Assembly: GCA_016748015.1 (NCBI GenBank)
Contig: JAAOMT010000176.1
Span: 395,277 to 459,276, forward strand
Source: Geosiphon pyriformis uo1
Lineage: Eukaryota; Fungi; Glomeromycota
Direction of reading: 5' to 3'
DNA length: 64,000 nucleotides
Part shown: piece by piece, positions 13,236 through 26,422 of the stretch
How the letters are laid out: every line of letters starts with the position of its first letter
How positions within the stretch are numbered: the stretch's first letter is position 1
Position numbers and translations under genes: made by a program
The notes under the pieces: generated by a model
The model's database searches: none
Told to the model about the DNA's origin: nothing
The model's input: the letters and a program-made list of their open reading frames with translations, nothing else

Positions 13236-16200
13236 ACACCATTAGAAATTTGATTACTACTACCACAACCAGATTTCAGAGCCGTTAGTTCTTGAAAAAT
13301 AATCAACTCCAAGAAAGAAAAGAGTAGTGATCAAAAAATTAACAAACAAAACCTGATCTTAGAAAATTCAGAATGATTGAAACCCCAACATAATTAATCA
13401 ACAAAACTTACCTCCAATAATTAAAATCAATTCACCACTCATTCCACCAATTGTCAAACAACAACAACAGCCACAACCACTATTCCAACAACAAATTCAG
13501 CAGCAACTACCACAACAACCAATGGCCTATGCTCCAATTACCAAAATAAAAAAATTTACTAATAAAGAGGATGACGCCCAAGTATGGCTCAATAACATGG
13601 AAAAAGCCATCACAGCCAATGGATGGAATGATAACAGAGCCCTTCAAGCAATTCCTTATTTTCTATAAGATACTGCCAATTCATGGTATCAGAGTTTAGC
13701 CACTAAACCTCAAATGTTTCAGGAATTTAAAATTGTATTCTTGAGATATTTCAGTAATAACAACAGTATTAATCACCTAGCCAACACCTTCACTACAATC
13801 AAACAGGAAAAAACTGAAGCAGTTACTACTTACTTAAGATGCTTCCACAGAAACTTGTGCCAAATTCAAGCAATTCAAGCTGACTATTTTACAGTGCCAC
13901 AGACCCTAAATCAGTTTATCCATTGACTGCGCAATAGTCTTCTTCAATACATACACCTAATGCATCCACAAACTCTTCAAGATGCAGTTACCAATACAAG
14001 AGATTTTGAATCAGCAAAACTTGAAGCAAACCATGTTCAAGCTGTTAACCTAGTCATGAATAGATTATTTGACTTGAATTCCAAATTGAAACAACTTAGT
14101 GATTCAATTAATCAGAAATTGGAAGGATACTTAGCTAACAATCATACAATTTATTAACCACCATAATGATGCAATAACTCAGGAAACATGAATCATTTCC
14201 AAAATCAGTCACATCCATCATCATCTTCAAATCAGCTGTGACAACAAAAAATGCATGTCTGTCATAATTGTGGTAAACAAGACCATATTAGAGCCAACTG
14301 CTGATTTTATAGTAATAACTCACAATCAGAAAATCAATATTGAAACTTCAATTGCTGGTTTCAAGCTCCAAATTATTAACCCAATTCAGCACCATATCAA
14401 CCAAATTACCTACCTATGATGCAACAACCAATCTATCAACCACCAATTTATCAGCCTTCAGTATCTGTCGTTTATTAATTACAGTCCCAACCCATTTATC
14501 AGCCACAGCCTTAGGTAATTTATCAGCCCTAACAAATTCAAACACCACCATAGAACTTACTTCAAAATAAAACCCAAAGGCTGAGATTGACACAACAAAG
14601 CCGGAAATTGTCAATAGTAGTCTATCAACTAATCCCCAATTTTTCCATACAACCATCAGAATTGCGACAATAGAATTTGGGCACCGGATACATCCAAAAC
14701 CCGAATTTCCAGAACTATTTAAGTCTCCTGATCACCCCAGAAAATGCTACATCCAACAAATCAGAAGCCAACCAAAAACCACCCACCAACAATATCTTGC
14801 CAGCAACCATTATAGAAAATAAATTACTTACTGCTATCTTCCCTTTTGAATTTGAGGAACCAGTTGAAATGCCACTATTCAGTGGAGCTGCCTTAGAATC
14901 AAAACTCATTACTGTAATGTATACAGATGCTAAAGTTAATGGGCAGCACATAAAACTGATTCTAGACAGTGGATCAGCTGGTAATATCATCACAAAACAA
15001 CTTATGAACCAACTAGGTTGCTGAGTTGATTAAGCTGCCAGCACACGAATCATCACTACTAATGGAGTGACCAAAACTCCAATCAGTAAGATTGATAATT
15101 TTTCTATAGAAGTCAATAGTATTATTGTGCCAATCAAGATATTAGTCATGCAAACCACTCAATATTAAGCACTTGTTGGCAATGACTGGCTGTTCAAGAC
15201 CAATGTAATGCTTGATTGGAATATGCAGGAGCTTTAACTTAGCCAGAACAGTTGATACACACGCATATCTGCCACATATAGCCATTTCAAGACCACTAAC
15301 ATGCCAGTACTGCTCATTGAGTTCAAAGAAAAAGAGAAGAAACCTACCTGAGAAGCCTATTAAGTGTCATGGGCTGAAGAAAACCACAATGAGCTACCAT
15401 CAATACTTCCTTAGGATAACAACAGAAAAGGAAAACAAAAAAAAAACTTATCTGGAATGCCAACCAAACCTGGGGAACTAACAATGACCTGGACAAGTTT
15501 TCAACTTGGGAATAGAAAGAGACTGGCAAAGAAAAAAAAAGAAAAGAAAGAAGAAACAACTTCTATCAGCACCACTTATAATTACTACATCTATACTACC
15601 CCACAACAATTCACTTATTGTTAACCAAAGCTTATATGCGTCAATTGTGACAAGAAATTGTCATCAATAGATGCATGTTGTAGTAATAATAAGGAATACC
15701 CAACAGCAATCAAGTTTTACTGTCATCCATGTCTTGTTGAACACTTTAGAAGGCCAAAATGAGTTGGAAAATGGGATAATAAGCCATGCTTAGCTTGTGA
15801 AGAAACTTTTTTTGATAAAAGAATGTGGAACAACATTCTTGAAAGAGGAGGAACATGCGACAAATTGTGTTAGCACATAATTCTCATAAGTGATTAGATA
15901 AGGAAAAAAACACCCATAGACACTGCCTGAAGATGAGCAGTCAAACGTCTGAACAGTTGTCCACACAATAATGATAAAATATGACAAATAGCACTCGCCA
16001 AAATCAAAGGAGTGTTACCAGAAAAAATAAAAACAATTAAAAATAACTCATCTGAACCCATAGAACTTGATTGGGACCCAGAACCAGTCATAAATCTTCT
16101 AGACCCAAAACAATTTTATGAACACTACCAAGAGCTAGCATCTACAAGAAAAGAGCAGAAGCAACATTTGAAAGAAATTAACACTCAACTATGTGACCAC

Positions 16201-16566
16201 TGTTTGATCCCATGTGATTTTCAATATTGTAATAAGTATGACTTCATTTACAATCTACCACCACACATAATCTACACAATTGTGGAAGAGAAAAAACCAA
16301 TCAGCAGCTGTGCATCAGAATCAGAATAAATTTTCAATTCTAATTCAAACTCTGATAATGATAATGATAAAAACAATGGTTTCAGCTTCATCCAATATAG
16401 CAACAAAAATAACAATGATTTAGACTTTGATACAAACCCAAAACATATATCACACTCCCTAATCTCACCAAAGAGCAAGAGCTGAAATGGTTTAGCAATA
16501 ATAATGAAAAAATTATGTCAGAATGTCCACATAATACCAATGCAGAGTTTGATCTGAAATATCCAG

Positions 16567-17548
16567 TGTTATCAGAGGTTTTTGGTCTCTTTTTTTGAAT
16601 GTTATAATTGTCTGTTGGTTGCAAATTCACGTTTTTTAGAAGTAGTTGAACCTCCAATAACTGAATTTATTTTCAAATTATCTTCTATAATTTGAACTGC
16701 TGGGCTTATAAGTGGAATAGCCAATTCTGTGCCAGTTGCTTTGTGTAGTTACGTTGTAGTAAATATCAACTCTTTCCCAGGAATTGCTCGTCTGGAAGCT
16801 CACTAAAAATGTGTAGTTACTTTGCTGTGAAAGTCAACTCTTCTACAGGAATCTTGTCTGTAGGCTACCCTAATGATTATAATAAGAAAATAAAAATAAA
16901 TAAATAAAAGAAATGTAAAAGAAATAGAATTCTGTCAGGTGAAACATTTTCTATCTAGGCCTGGAGTCACTAACAGTTTAATGAAATTAGTAGCTAATCA
17001 ATTTCAAAATGTTAGTTGGATTTTGGGGATTTTCCAAGTGCAATAATTAAAGAATTTGGTTTTTCAATTTATTTGATATTTATTTCTTTTTGTGTATATA
17101 GGAATGGTTTTAAGTGATAAATCTAAAGTAAGATACATTTTCTTGAAGAGAAAAGCTCTTCTTTTATACAACTTGTTGTAACACTATTTTATGAACTTGA
17201 ACTTTGCTTTTTTCTACAATTTCACTAAATTAAAGATACATTTCGGTAAATTACAAGTTATTTCTGCAAACTATTAGATATTTCAGTGAACTATCAATTA
17301 TTTTGGTGAATTTCTACAAATTTCGGCGAACTTTTGAATGTTACATATTTTGGAGTATTGCATGATTGATCATTGCACTTAGGTTACATTTGTGTTATGT
17401 ACAAATTGGGTTATTAATTAAATGATAATTTCAGACATTTTGCTAATGTAATAAGTGATAATTTGAAACAATAATATATGCTAATTAATGATAAGATTTA
17501 TAAGGGTAATTTCATGCTAAACAATATTTCTAATTTTGTCTGGTAATA
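16567..17548 (-). repeat. 3' LTR of the family B element
   Basis: Direct repeat of 25441-26422. Confidence 0.93.
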
Positions 17549-17559
17549 TAACCTTCTCC

Positions 17560-18236
17560 TCAAGACTGAGCTCCATCGAAGTCCAAGTACTGTCTGTAAT
17601 TTCCAGATAATAATCCAAAATTATTGAAGAAATTTGGTCTGAAAATTGTTGAAATTTCAGTTCTGTGAGCTTTCCAATGTATTGAATCTTCAAAGACTGT
17701 AAAATTGGGTTTTGTAGGACGTTTTCACAGGTGTAGAATAGGTCATAAAGTCTAAGAACAGCTCTTAGTTTATAATAACTGTTTATAGATCCAGCTGTTG
17801 TCTTGAATTTGTTGTGAAGTTGTTTCTGAATAGCTTTTTTTGTGAGATTTGCTGCTGTAAGCTTCTATTTTTATTTGTAAAGTGTTTTTCCAATGTAGAA
17901 ATATTTATATATTGGAGTATAGTCATAGTTTTTTTCATTAAAACACAGTTGAAGTTTTTGTTGAATAGTAGCATTTGGTGGAATACTAATAGGAGTGAGT
18001 ATTAAGTTTTCTCTTAAAGCAAGCTTTAAAAGTTCTGACAAGTGAATTCCAGAATAACTTCTTGTATTTTTTTTATATGGGTAATATTTTCGTGAATTTG
18101 GGGCTAAATTTGTAACTACTTCTGTTTGGGTATAATTAATGTGGTTTCCAGTAATAGTAATGGATAATTTGGGTATTGTTTTTAAAGCTAACATTAGTTT
18201 TTGGGATAATTGTTGAATGTTTTGAGAAATAGTCAT
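17560..18236 (-). pseudogene. ORF3 of family B (unknown function, homologous to family A ORF3)
   Basis: MTISQNIQQLSQKL...YKYFYIGKTL...RAVLRLYDLF...YIGKLTELKFQQFSDQISSIILD; two internal stops; LDFDGAQS* in a shifted frame at the end. Confidence 0.75.
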
Positions 18237-18364
18237 TATAAAAGATTTGAAAATAAAAGAAAATTATTTTTGGTGTATGGGTTTTTATGTTATTTTTGCT
18301 TTTGTTTTTTTTTTGTGAGATTGTTTCTAAATTATAAGGAGATAACTATAATAATAAATTTAAG

Positions 18365-19765
18365 TTAAGTATTCAAGTTGGGAGGTTGTTCAATGACAAC
18401 TATTGGTTCTAAATTTCGGAGAATATTTTCAGGATTGATTAAAAGAGAATGTGTACCAATTTGTGGAATTAATAGTTCAGAATTGTTTCTGGAATTATAG
18501 TGTTTCAAATGATCTCCATGTGCAACTTTTGCTAGGATTTTGTCATCAAGTCTTAGCTTGTATGATCCGTTGCCTAGGACTTTATGGATAAAGAATGGTC
18601 CATCCCATTTATTTTCAAATTTTCCACTCTATTGTTTTTCAGCTTTAGTTTTGTATAAGAGAACTTTGTTTCTAATTTTAAATCCATTGGTAACTGAAGA
18701 CAATTTGTCATCATGCCATTCTTTTTGTTGAGTTTGGAAGTGTTTAATATGAGTGGCTGCTATTTGTTATTTTCCTTTCAACGTGCTAAGCAGAGTGTAG
18801 GCTCTTTATTGTAGTGTTTTCTAAAAGTTGTCTTTATTAATTGGTTGTACTGAATATGTTTTCATTGTGAAACTAATTAGTAGTGTTGCTGTCCTTCCAT
18901 AGGTTAAATCAAATGGTGTGTGTTTTGTGGTATTTTGTTTTAGTGTTCTATATGCTAGTAATACTGATGGAATAAAGAGATCCCATTTTTGTTCAAAATT
19001 GGTTGAGACTTTGGCTAATGATTCATACAATGTTCTGTTAAAACGTTCTACAAGTCTATTTGTTTATAGATAGTAGGGCGAAGATAATGGTCTTTTGACA
19101 TTAAATTGTCCACAAATTTCCTGGATTAAATTGTTTACAAAATGTGTTTCTTGATCAAATAAAAGTTCTATTGGGCATCCATGTCTACAAATGATGTCTT
19201 CGTAGATGAAGTTTGCTACTGATTTTGCATCTGCTCATTGAATGGCTCTGGCTTCAGGCCATTTGGTGAGATAGTCTACAGCTACTGCAATATAACAGTT
19301 TCCTTGGTTTGTAATAGGAAGTAGTCCAACTAAATTGATACCAATTCAGTCAAAAGGCTGTTCAACTTTGATTGAGTTTAAAGGTTCTGTAGGGCGAGTT
19401 CCTTCACTTTTTTGACAACTATCACAAGACTTAACATATTCATGAATGTCTTTTCTCATTTAAGGCCAAAAATAATATTCTAGTGTTTTCTGAATGGTGC
19501 TGTCTTTTCCTAGATATGCTGATGAAAGGTCTGAGTGCATATTATATAAAATAGTTTCTTTTTCATGTTCTTGTATTAATCTGAGTAGATTGTCTGGGTT
19601 TTTGAAGTTTCGATAATAAATTATGTTGTTGTGTAAGAAGTATTGTTTGGCTTGTTGTAACCGATGTTTTTTATCTGAGGACCAATCTGTTGGGATTGTT
19701 AATGTCTCCAAATATTGTTTAAGATTGTTGTAGTTTTCGGGATTCATTGTTTGTTGTTTTGTCAT
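18365..19765 (-). pseudogene. Stand-alone integrase ORF of family B (467 codons, internal stops)
   Basis: Own ATG 28 nt after the RNase H stop; MHSD..YFWP..CDSC zinc domain, rve core (VDYLTKWPEA, GLVERFNRTL), GPF module, C-terminal LEPIVVIE. Confidence 0.88.
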
Positions 19766-19793
19766 TAATTCAAATGAGTGTTGGTTTTGTATT

Positions 19794-22700
19794 CTAATCT
19801 TGCCTCATTTTTGAGAGACAATCAATGTTAATATGGAGTTTTCTTGGTTTGTGGTGTATAATATATTGGTAGTTGGCTAAAAATCCTGTCCATCAAGTTT
19901 GTTTTGCATTTAGCTGAGTGTTTTTGTTCTGAAGCCATTTGAGTCCAATATTATTAGTAATAATATCAAATTCTTTGGGTCTGAAGTAAAGATTAAAGTG
20001 ATATAGGGCCCAAATTACTGTTGTAGTTTCTAATTTTGTTGCAGGGTAGTTCTTTTTGGCTGGTTTCAATGTTCTGCTAGCATAAGCAATTACTCACTCA
20101 TTTCTATTGTCATTTAACTGTGATAAGATGACACCAAAGACAGTATAAGAGACATCTGTTGCTAACCAGAATCGGTTGCTGAAATCTGAGTAGATGAGAA
20201 TTGGAGCTGTCATTAGTTTTTTTTTGAGAATTTCAAATGTGATTTGGTGTTTAGCAGTTCATTTGTATTTGACGTTTTTGGTGATAAGCTGGTTGAGAGG
20301 TTTTGCAATTTCTAAGAATCCTTTGATAAACTTCTGATAGTAGGAGGCTAACCCTATGAATCCTCTTAGTTCTGTAGTGTTTTAAAGAGTTTTGAAGTTT
20401 TTGACAGCACTGATTTTTTCAGAGTCCAGTTTGATTCCATCTTTACTAACAATATGACCAAGAAAGACCAAGCTTGTTTTTCTAAAGTAGCATTTTTCAA
20501 TGTTGAGTTTCAGTTTTGCTTTTCGTAATCATTGAAAAACTTCTTGCAGGTGTTTTAAGTGTAATTTGAATGATGAAGAATAAACATCAGTATCGTCAAG
20601 ATAAATGACTACTGACTTCCAAAGGAGTTCTTTGTATACAATATCCATTAATCTCTGAAATGTTGCTAATGCATTGCATAATCCGAAAGACATTACATTG
20701 AATTCATAGTTTCTTCCTTGGATTGTGAAGACTGTTTTGGGACGATCTTTGGGGTTCATGGCAACTTGCCAGTATCTACTTTCTAGATCTAGTGTTGAAA
20801 AGTATTTGGCCTTTCCAAGGGCATCCAACATATCATCAATTCGGAGAAGGGGATATGCATCTTCAATAGTGACACTGTTGAGTTGTCAATAATCAACACA
20901 AAATCATATCTTTCCATTTTTCTTTTTAACTAAGACCACAAGTGAGACCCATGGACTCATTGATAGTTGAATAAGCCCATTGTTGAGCATCCATTGTATT
21001 TCTTTGTGGATAAATTGGTAACTTTCTGAAGCAACTCAGTAGGCTTGCTGTTGCCTTGGTTTGGCATCTCCTGTATAGATTTGGTGTTGAGCCAAATTGG
21101 TTTTTCCTAAGTCATTGTTGTTTTTGGCAAAGATATCGGCAAATTCTGCAATTAGCTCTTTGAGCTGACTCTGTTGTTGTGGTTCAAGTTGTCCTATGTT
21201 GATTTGAGATAGTTTTTCCATAACAACATGGTAGTTTTTAGAGCTGTGGTTTGGGTTGATTTTTGGTAGTGAATGTCCAATAATTTCAGAGAAATCGGAA
21301 ACTGTTTGGGGTAATTCTTGTTGAAAAATATTACTATGAATAACTCCAATTTCTAAGTTATTTAATAGAACTATGAAGTAATTATTGGAGTTGTAAAAAA
21401 TAACTCGGACTTTCTTTGTTCTTTCTGTGATGTAAATATTTGGGATCAAGATATTATGTTCCAAGCAAATTCATTCATTGGATTCAAAAATTTGTTGGGT
21501 GGTTGTTGGCTTTGGACAGATATAGATTTTGGGATGTTCTCCGAAAGGTGAAATAGTGATTGGTTGGGGAAGGCATAAAATCTGGTGAGACTCATTCTGT
21601 TCATTGAGAGCTATATTTACTGGAACTGTAAATTGTCCAGTTGAACCAAAACCTTGTGTTCCTCTTTTGCTTTTTCCCAATTGTTCTCTTTGATTGATTA
21701 ACTGTAAGCCTGAAATATTGATTAAGGATAAATAGATAGCTTGAGCAATTTTTTCAGCATATTCAATTTTGAAAGGTTTATCAGTTTTATTTTGGAGTAT
21801 TACTGTTATGTTACCAGTATATCCAGCATTGATTATTCCTCCTCTGACATTGATTTTTTTGCTTGCCAGAGAGGACCGGGAGGTGATTTGAACCATTGCT
21901 CCTGGTGAGATTTCGAGAGCAATTTTGAGGTTGATTTTTGTGTGAGATTTGGGTTTGAGAACAAGAGTATTCTTGTCTGGATATCTTAGGTCATATTCAG
22001 CATCAATTTCATGTGCTTTTTCGGGTTTTATTCCTTGTCTGTTGTTGTTGAAGTCTTTGAGTTGTAAGGCAGGCTGATTTTTGATAAGATAGATGGGTGT
22101 TGCTTTAATTTCTTCTGTTGCTTCAGGTTCTTCAAATTCAATTTTGTTTTCATCATTTTCATTGAGCAGGGGAATGCTAAGAGCATAGCATTCAGGGCAC
22201 CATTGCTCATCACAAGGCATTATGCATTCTTCATACAATTTAATGTTCATTTGCTCTAGCTGTTGGGCTTGAGCTTCTTTGGTCGGGTAAGTGTGACTGG
22301 CAATTTGGTAATATACTTCTACTTTATCTTCATAGTTGTATCTAGTGATTTCAAAGATGTATGCAATGTATTCTGATTCTTTCATTTGACAAACATTTTC
22401 TTGAGTGGTTCTGTTGATTAAAGCCATTGCTAGATCGAAAATCATTTCAGTATTATAAGGATAATGATACAGTTTGTTGAAGGCACTGTTGTAAGCAGCA
22501 TTAAAAGGGGTTCCTCTTGTTACTTTTTCTAAGATTAAAAGGGCATATTGGCATGTTTGATCACAGACTTCTCCTCTGAATACAACATCAATTCAGTCAC
22601 ATTCATCAGATAATTATTCTCCACAAGTCAAATAGGGTGTTCTGTTCCATTTTCCACTTCTTTTGACTAGGTGTTCCCATCATTCTCGGTGGCAAAATTT

Positions 22701-25394
22701 GCAATAGTAACAGGTATGATTTCCATATTCTTCCTTGGGTGAAATACAAGCTCCCATTGATGAGAGTTTCTTGTGGCAATCTTTGCATTTGAGTGGAATG
22801 TAAGAGCATTGTTTTCGTGGTTCTGTTTTTGAATAGAAGATATTCCATCTGGGTGTCACTGGTTCTTTTGTTTCAAGAAAATTGTTTGTTGAAAAATACT
22901 GTTGTTTAGTTTCATCAGCCCAATTGAAGGTTGATCTAAGTGCCATAAATGTTTCAATGATGGGTTTTTCTTTTTCTGGTTTGAATTCAAAAGCCAGAGC
23001 TTTTTCGGAGCATTTGTTGAATGTACCACAAGTGGCAGGTACCCAGGCATGTTTTCCATGGTAGGAAATTGTTAACTCTTATGTCTTTCAATTCAGATTA
23101 GCATTGGCTTTTTGGAGCCAATCATTTCCGATAAGAGCTTGGTATTGGGGAACATCCATAATCAGAACTTTGACTGAAATGGTGATTCCGTCAATTGTAA
23201 ATGAGAAGTTGTCAATTTCTCCTACTGGAGTCTTTTTCATGCCATCGGCAGTAACAATTACTGTCTGAGCTGGTCGGTCAACATTTCTTTTTAACTGTTG
23301 CATCAACTGGTAGGTGATGATGCTTCCAGTGAATTCACTGTTTAGAATCAAGTGAATTGGCTTTCCTTCTGCTTCAGCTTCTGTGTACATTGCAGTGATG
23401 GCTTTTTGCTCATTAACTGCTGCATTGTTAAGCAAGAATGGTGATTCATTTGCTTCAAATTCGAAAGAGAATATATCTGAAAGATTGGCATTTTCAGCAA
23501 TTCTGGCTGGTGGAATTGTGGTAGGAGTATAGGAAGGGTTTTGTTGTTGTGCTGCAGCTCTACCTTCTGAAAGTGCAGTATGGTAAAAATCCTGTTCTTC
23601 TGGCATCATAAGATAACTGGGTTGAGTATGATAGTGGTTGGGTCTATGTTGATTCAAATTTTGAGTGGTTAATTGGTTGTTGGAATTTAATCTGTTGTTG
23701 TTTGTTGGAAAACGGTTTTGTGGTGTAAATTGATTATGTTGAACCAATTTTCTAGCTAGCACTTGATATTGTGGTGTGGATGGTTGTTGATACTGTTGTT
23801 GAATTAGTTGTAGAGCAGATTGATAATAGTGGTTTGGATATTGTGGCCTTGGTAAATATCGAGCTGGTGGTGATAGATAATATGATTGTTGTGGTTGAAA
23901 ATAACATTGATTATTTCTCTGTTGTTGGTCTTATTGCAATTTTCTACAATCACGTTTCCAGTATCCTGAAATTCTACAATAATGACAATTTTGGATTTGG
24001 TTGTTGGATGGTAGTCTGAAGTTGTTTTGATTGCATTATTGTAGGGGTTGATATTTTTGTGGTTGTTGTGATTGCTGCGGCAGCTGTTGTTGCTGTTGGT
24101 TGGTGAAGTAGTTTTCAACTTTTTTGGTTAATTGGTCAATCTTTTTTTCAGCTGCTGAGCTGGTTTTGCCAATAGCCAGGTTAACAAGTTTGGTACAGTT
24201 GGCTTCTTCCATGGCCATTTCATAGTTTTTCGCCTGTTGAATAGCAGTGGCTAAATTTTCTGGTGCATGTGGGTAAACTTTCTTGATAAGTTTGTCTTTT
24301 AGTCCAGCAATGAATTGATCCAAGATTTGTGCATTGGAGTAGTATTCATTGGTTTCCAATTGGTGAATCCTTCTAAGCAGTTTGTTAAATTTCCCAAGAT
24401 AGGTCATAACTGATTTACTTGGTTCTTGCTTGATATTTCAGAACCAATTTTGAAGAGTGATAGAAGTGTTATTGTTAGTGAACTGTTCTAGAAAAGCAGT
24501 TTTGAATGCTTCCCAGTGTTCTGGTGAGGCTTCCAAGTTTTCAAACCATTCACCGGCCGTTCCTTGTAAGAAGTATAGAATTGCTTTTAATATTCTAGCA
24601 GCATTTCAACCATTTACATCTCCTGCTTTTGAGACTTTGTCAAGCCATTTTTGAGGACTGGTTTCACTGTCTTCTTCTGTGAACTCAGGGATTTTTGTGA
24701 TATATGTGGAGGCCATTTTTTCTTCATTTTCTGAGTCTTCTGTTTCTTGTTCTGATTCGGTCTCTTCACTTTGATTTTCTGCTAAGTAGTCAATAAAGTT
24801 TGTGCTGGTTAATATTGGTTTCTGTTGTTGAATAGGGCTTTTGGATGACTGAAAATCTTCTATTCTTAAAAACTGAATAAATGGTGAGCTTGGTGTTTGT
24901 GGTTAAGCAAGTGAAGCTAGAAATAGTGTGATTGAGAATGGTAATTTAAAGCTGGTTCCTTGTTCTGGAGTTTGTAAATGTTTGGCAGTGGTTTTAGGTG
25001 TATTGGAAGTAGTTCTGAGTTTTTGTTTCCTTTTTCTTTTTCTTTTTTCTGTTTCTGATTCAAAACCAAGAGAAAATTTCTGTTCTACTGGGTAATTCTC
25101 TTTACAATACTGAATGATATTGAAGTTGAGTTCTTGGAAATATGTTTTAAGTGTTTGACTGTTAAAATTCTGAGTGTTTAGACAAGAGTAATGTATTAAG
25201 TTTTCATATAAGTTGTGTCTAACTTCTGAAATGTTGTAGTCTCCAAAAAGATAATTGTTGATGTAATTTTCAATATACTGGTAAAGTGTTTTCTTAAATG
25301 TTTCAATTCTGTCTGGGATGTTAAATCTCTGCTTGCAGTGGGTGTAGATTGACTGATAATACTCTAGAGTTTTTGGATCTGTTTGAGTCGCCAC
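19794..25394 (-). pseudogene. ORF1 of family B: Gag-PR-Cys-rich-dUTPase-RT-RNase H in one reading frame
   Basis: ORF fragments starting at 24407, 23762, 22946, 22445, 21464 and 20831 share one frame ending at TAG 19794-19796; knuckle CHYC..G..KRDC, dUTPase RSSLA/GGIINAGYTG/RGTQGFGSTG, RT YLDD. Confidence 0.9.
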
Positions 25395-25440
25395 TTTTGA
25401 AGTTGTTGTTGCTGTGTTATTTCTGTGGAAGAACACCAAA

Positions 25441-26422
25441 TGTTACCAGAGGTTTTTGGTCTCTTTTCTTGAATGTTGTAACTGTCTGTTGATTGCAAAT
25501 TCACGTTTTCTAGAAGTAGTTGAACCTCCAATAATTGAATTTATCTTCAAATTATCTCCTATAATTTGAACTACTGGGCTTATAAGTGGAATGGCCAATT
25601 CTGTATTAGTTGCTTTGTGTAGTTACATTGTAGTGAATGTTAACTCTTTTCCAGGAATTGCTCATCTGGAAGCTCACTAAAAATGTGTAGTTACTTTGCT
25701 GTGAAAGTCAATTCTTCTACAGAAATCTTGTCTGTAGGCTACCCTAATGATGGTAATAAGAAAATAAAAGAAAGAAAATAAAAGAAATGTAAAAGAAATA
25801 GAATTCTGTCAGGAGAAACGTTTTCTATCCAGGCCTGGAGTCACTAACAGTTTAATGAAATTGGTAGCTAATCAATTTCAAAATGTTAGTTGGGTTTTGG
25901 GGATTTTCCAAGTGCAATAATTAAAGAATTTGGTTTTTTAATTTATTTAATATTTATTTCTTTTTGTGTGTGTAGGAATGGTTCTAAGTAATAAATCTAA
26001 AGTAAGATATATTTTCTCGAAAAAAGAAGCTCTTCTTTTATACAACTTGTTGTAACACTATTCTATGAACTTGAACTTTGCTCTTTTCTATAATTTCGCT
26101 GAACTAAAAATACATTTCAGTGAATTATAAGTTATTTCTGCAAACTATTAGATATTTTGGTAAACTATTAATTATTTCGGCAAATTTCTACAAATTTTGG
26201 CAAACTTTTGAATGTTACATATTTTGGGGTATTGTATGATTGATCATTGCACTTAGGTTACATTTGTGTTATGTACAAATTGGGTTATTAATTAAATGAT
26301 AATTTCGAACATTTTGCTAATGTAATAAGTGATAATTTGAAATGATAATATATGCTAATTAATGATAAGATTTATAAGGGTAATTTCATGCTAAACAATA
26401 TTTCTAATTTCGTCTAATAACA
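25441..26422 (-). repeat. 5' LTR of the family B element
   Basis: TG...CA termini, followed by a PBS-like sequence on the minus strand. Confidence 0.93.

Larger units (their letters stand above)
16567..26422 (-). mobile_element. Full-length Ty3/Gypsy LTR retrotransposon, family B, inserted in the dUTPase of A copy 1
   Basis: LTRs 25441-26422 (5') and 16567-17548 (3'), TSD CCAG/CCAG, PBS-like tttggtgttc at 25431-25440, PPT gaggagaagg at ~17552-17561. Confidence 0.95.
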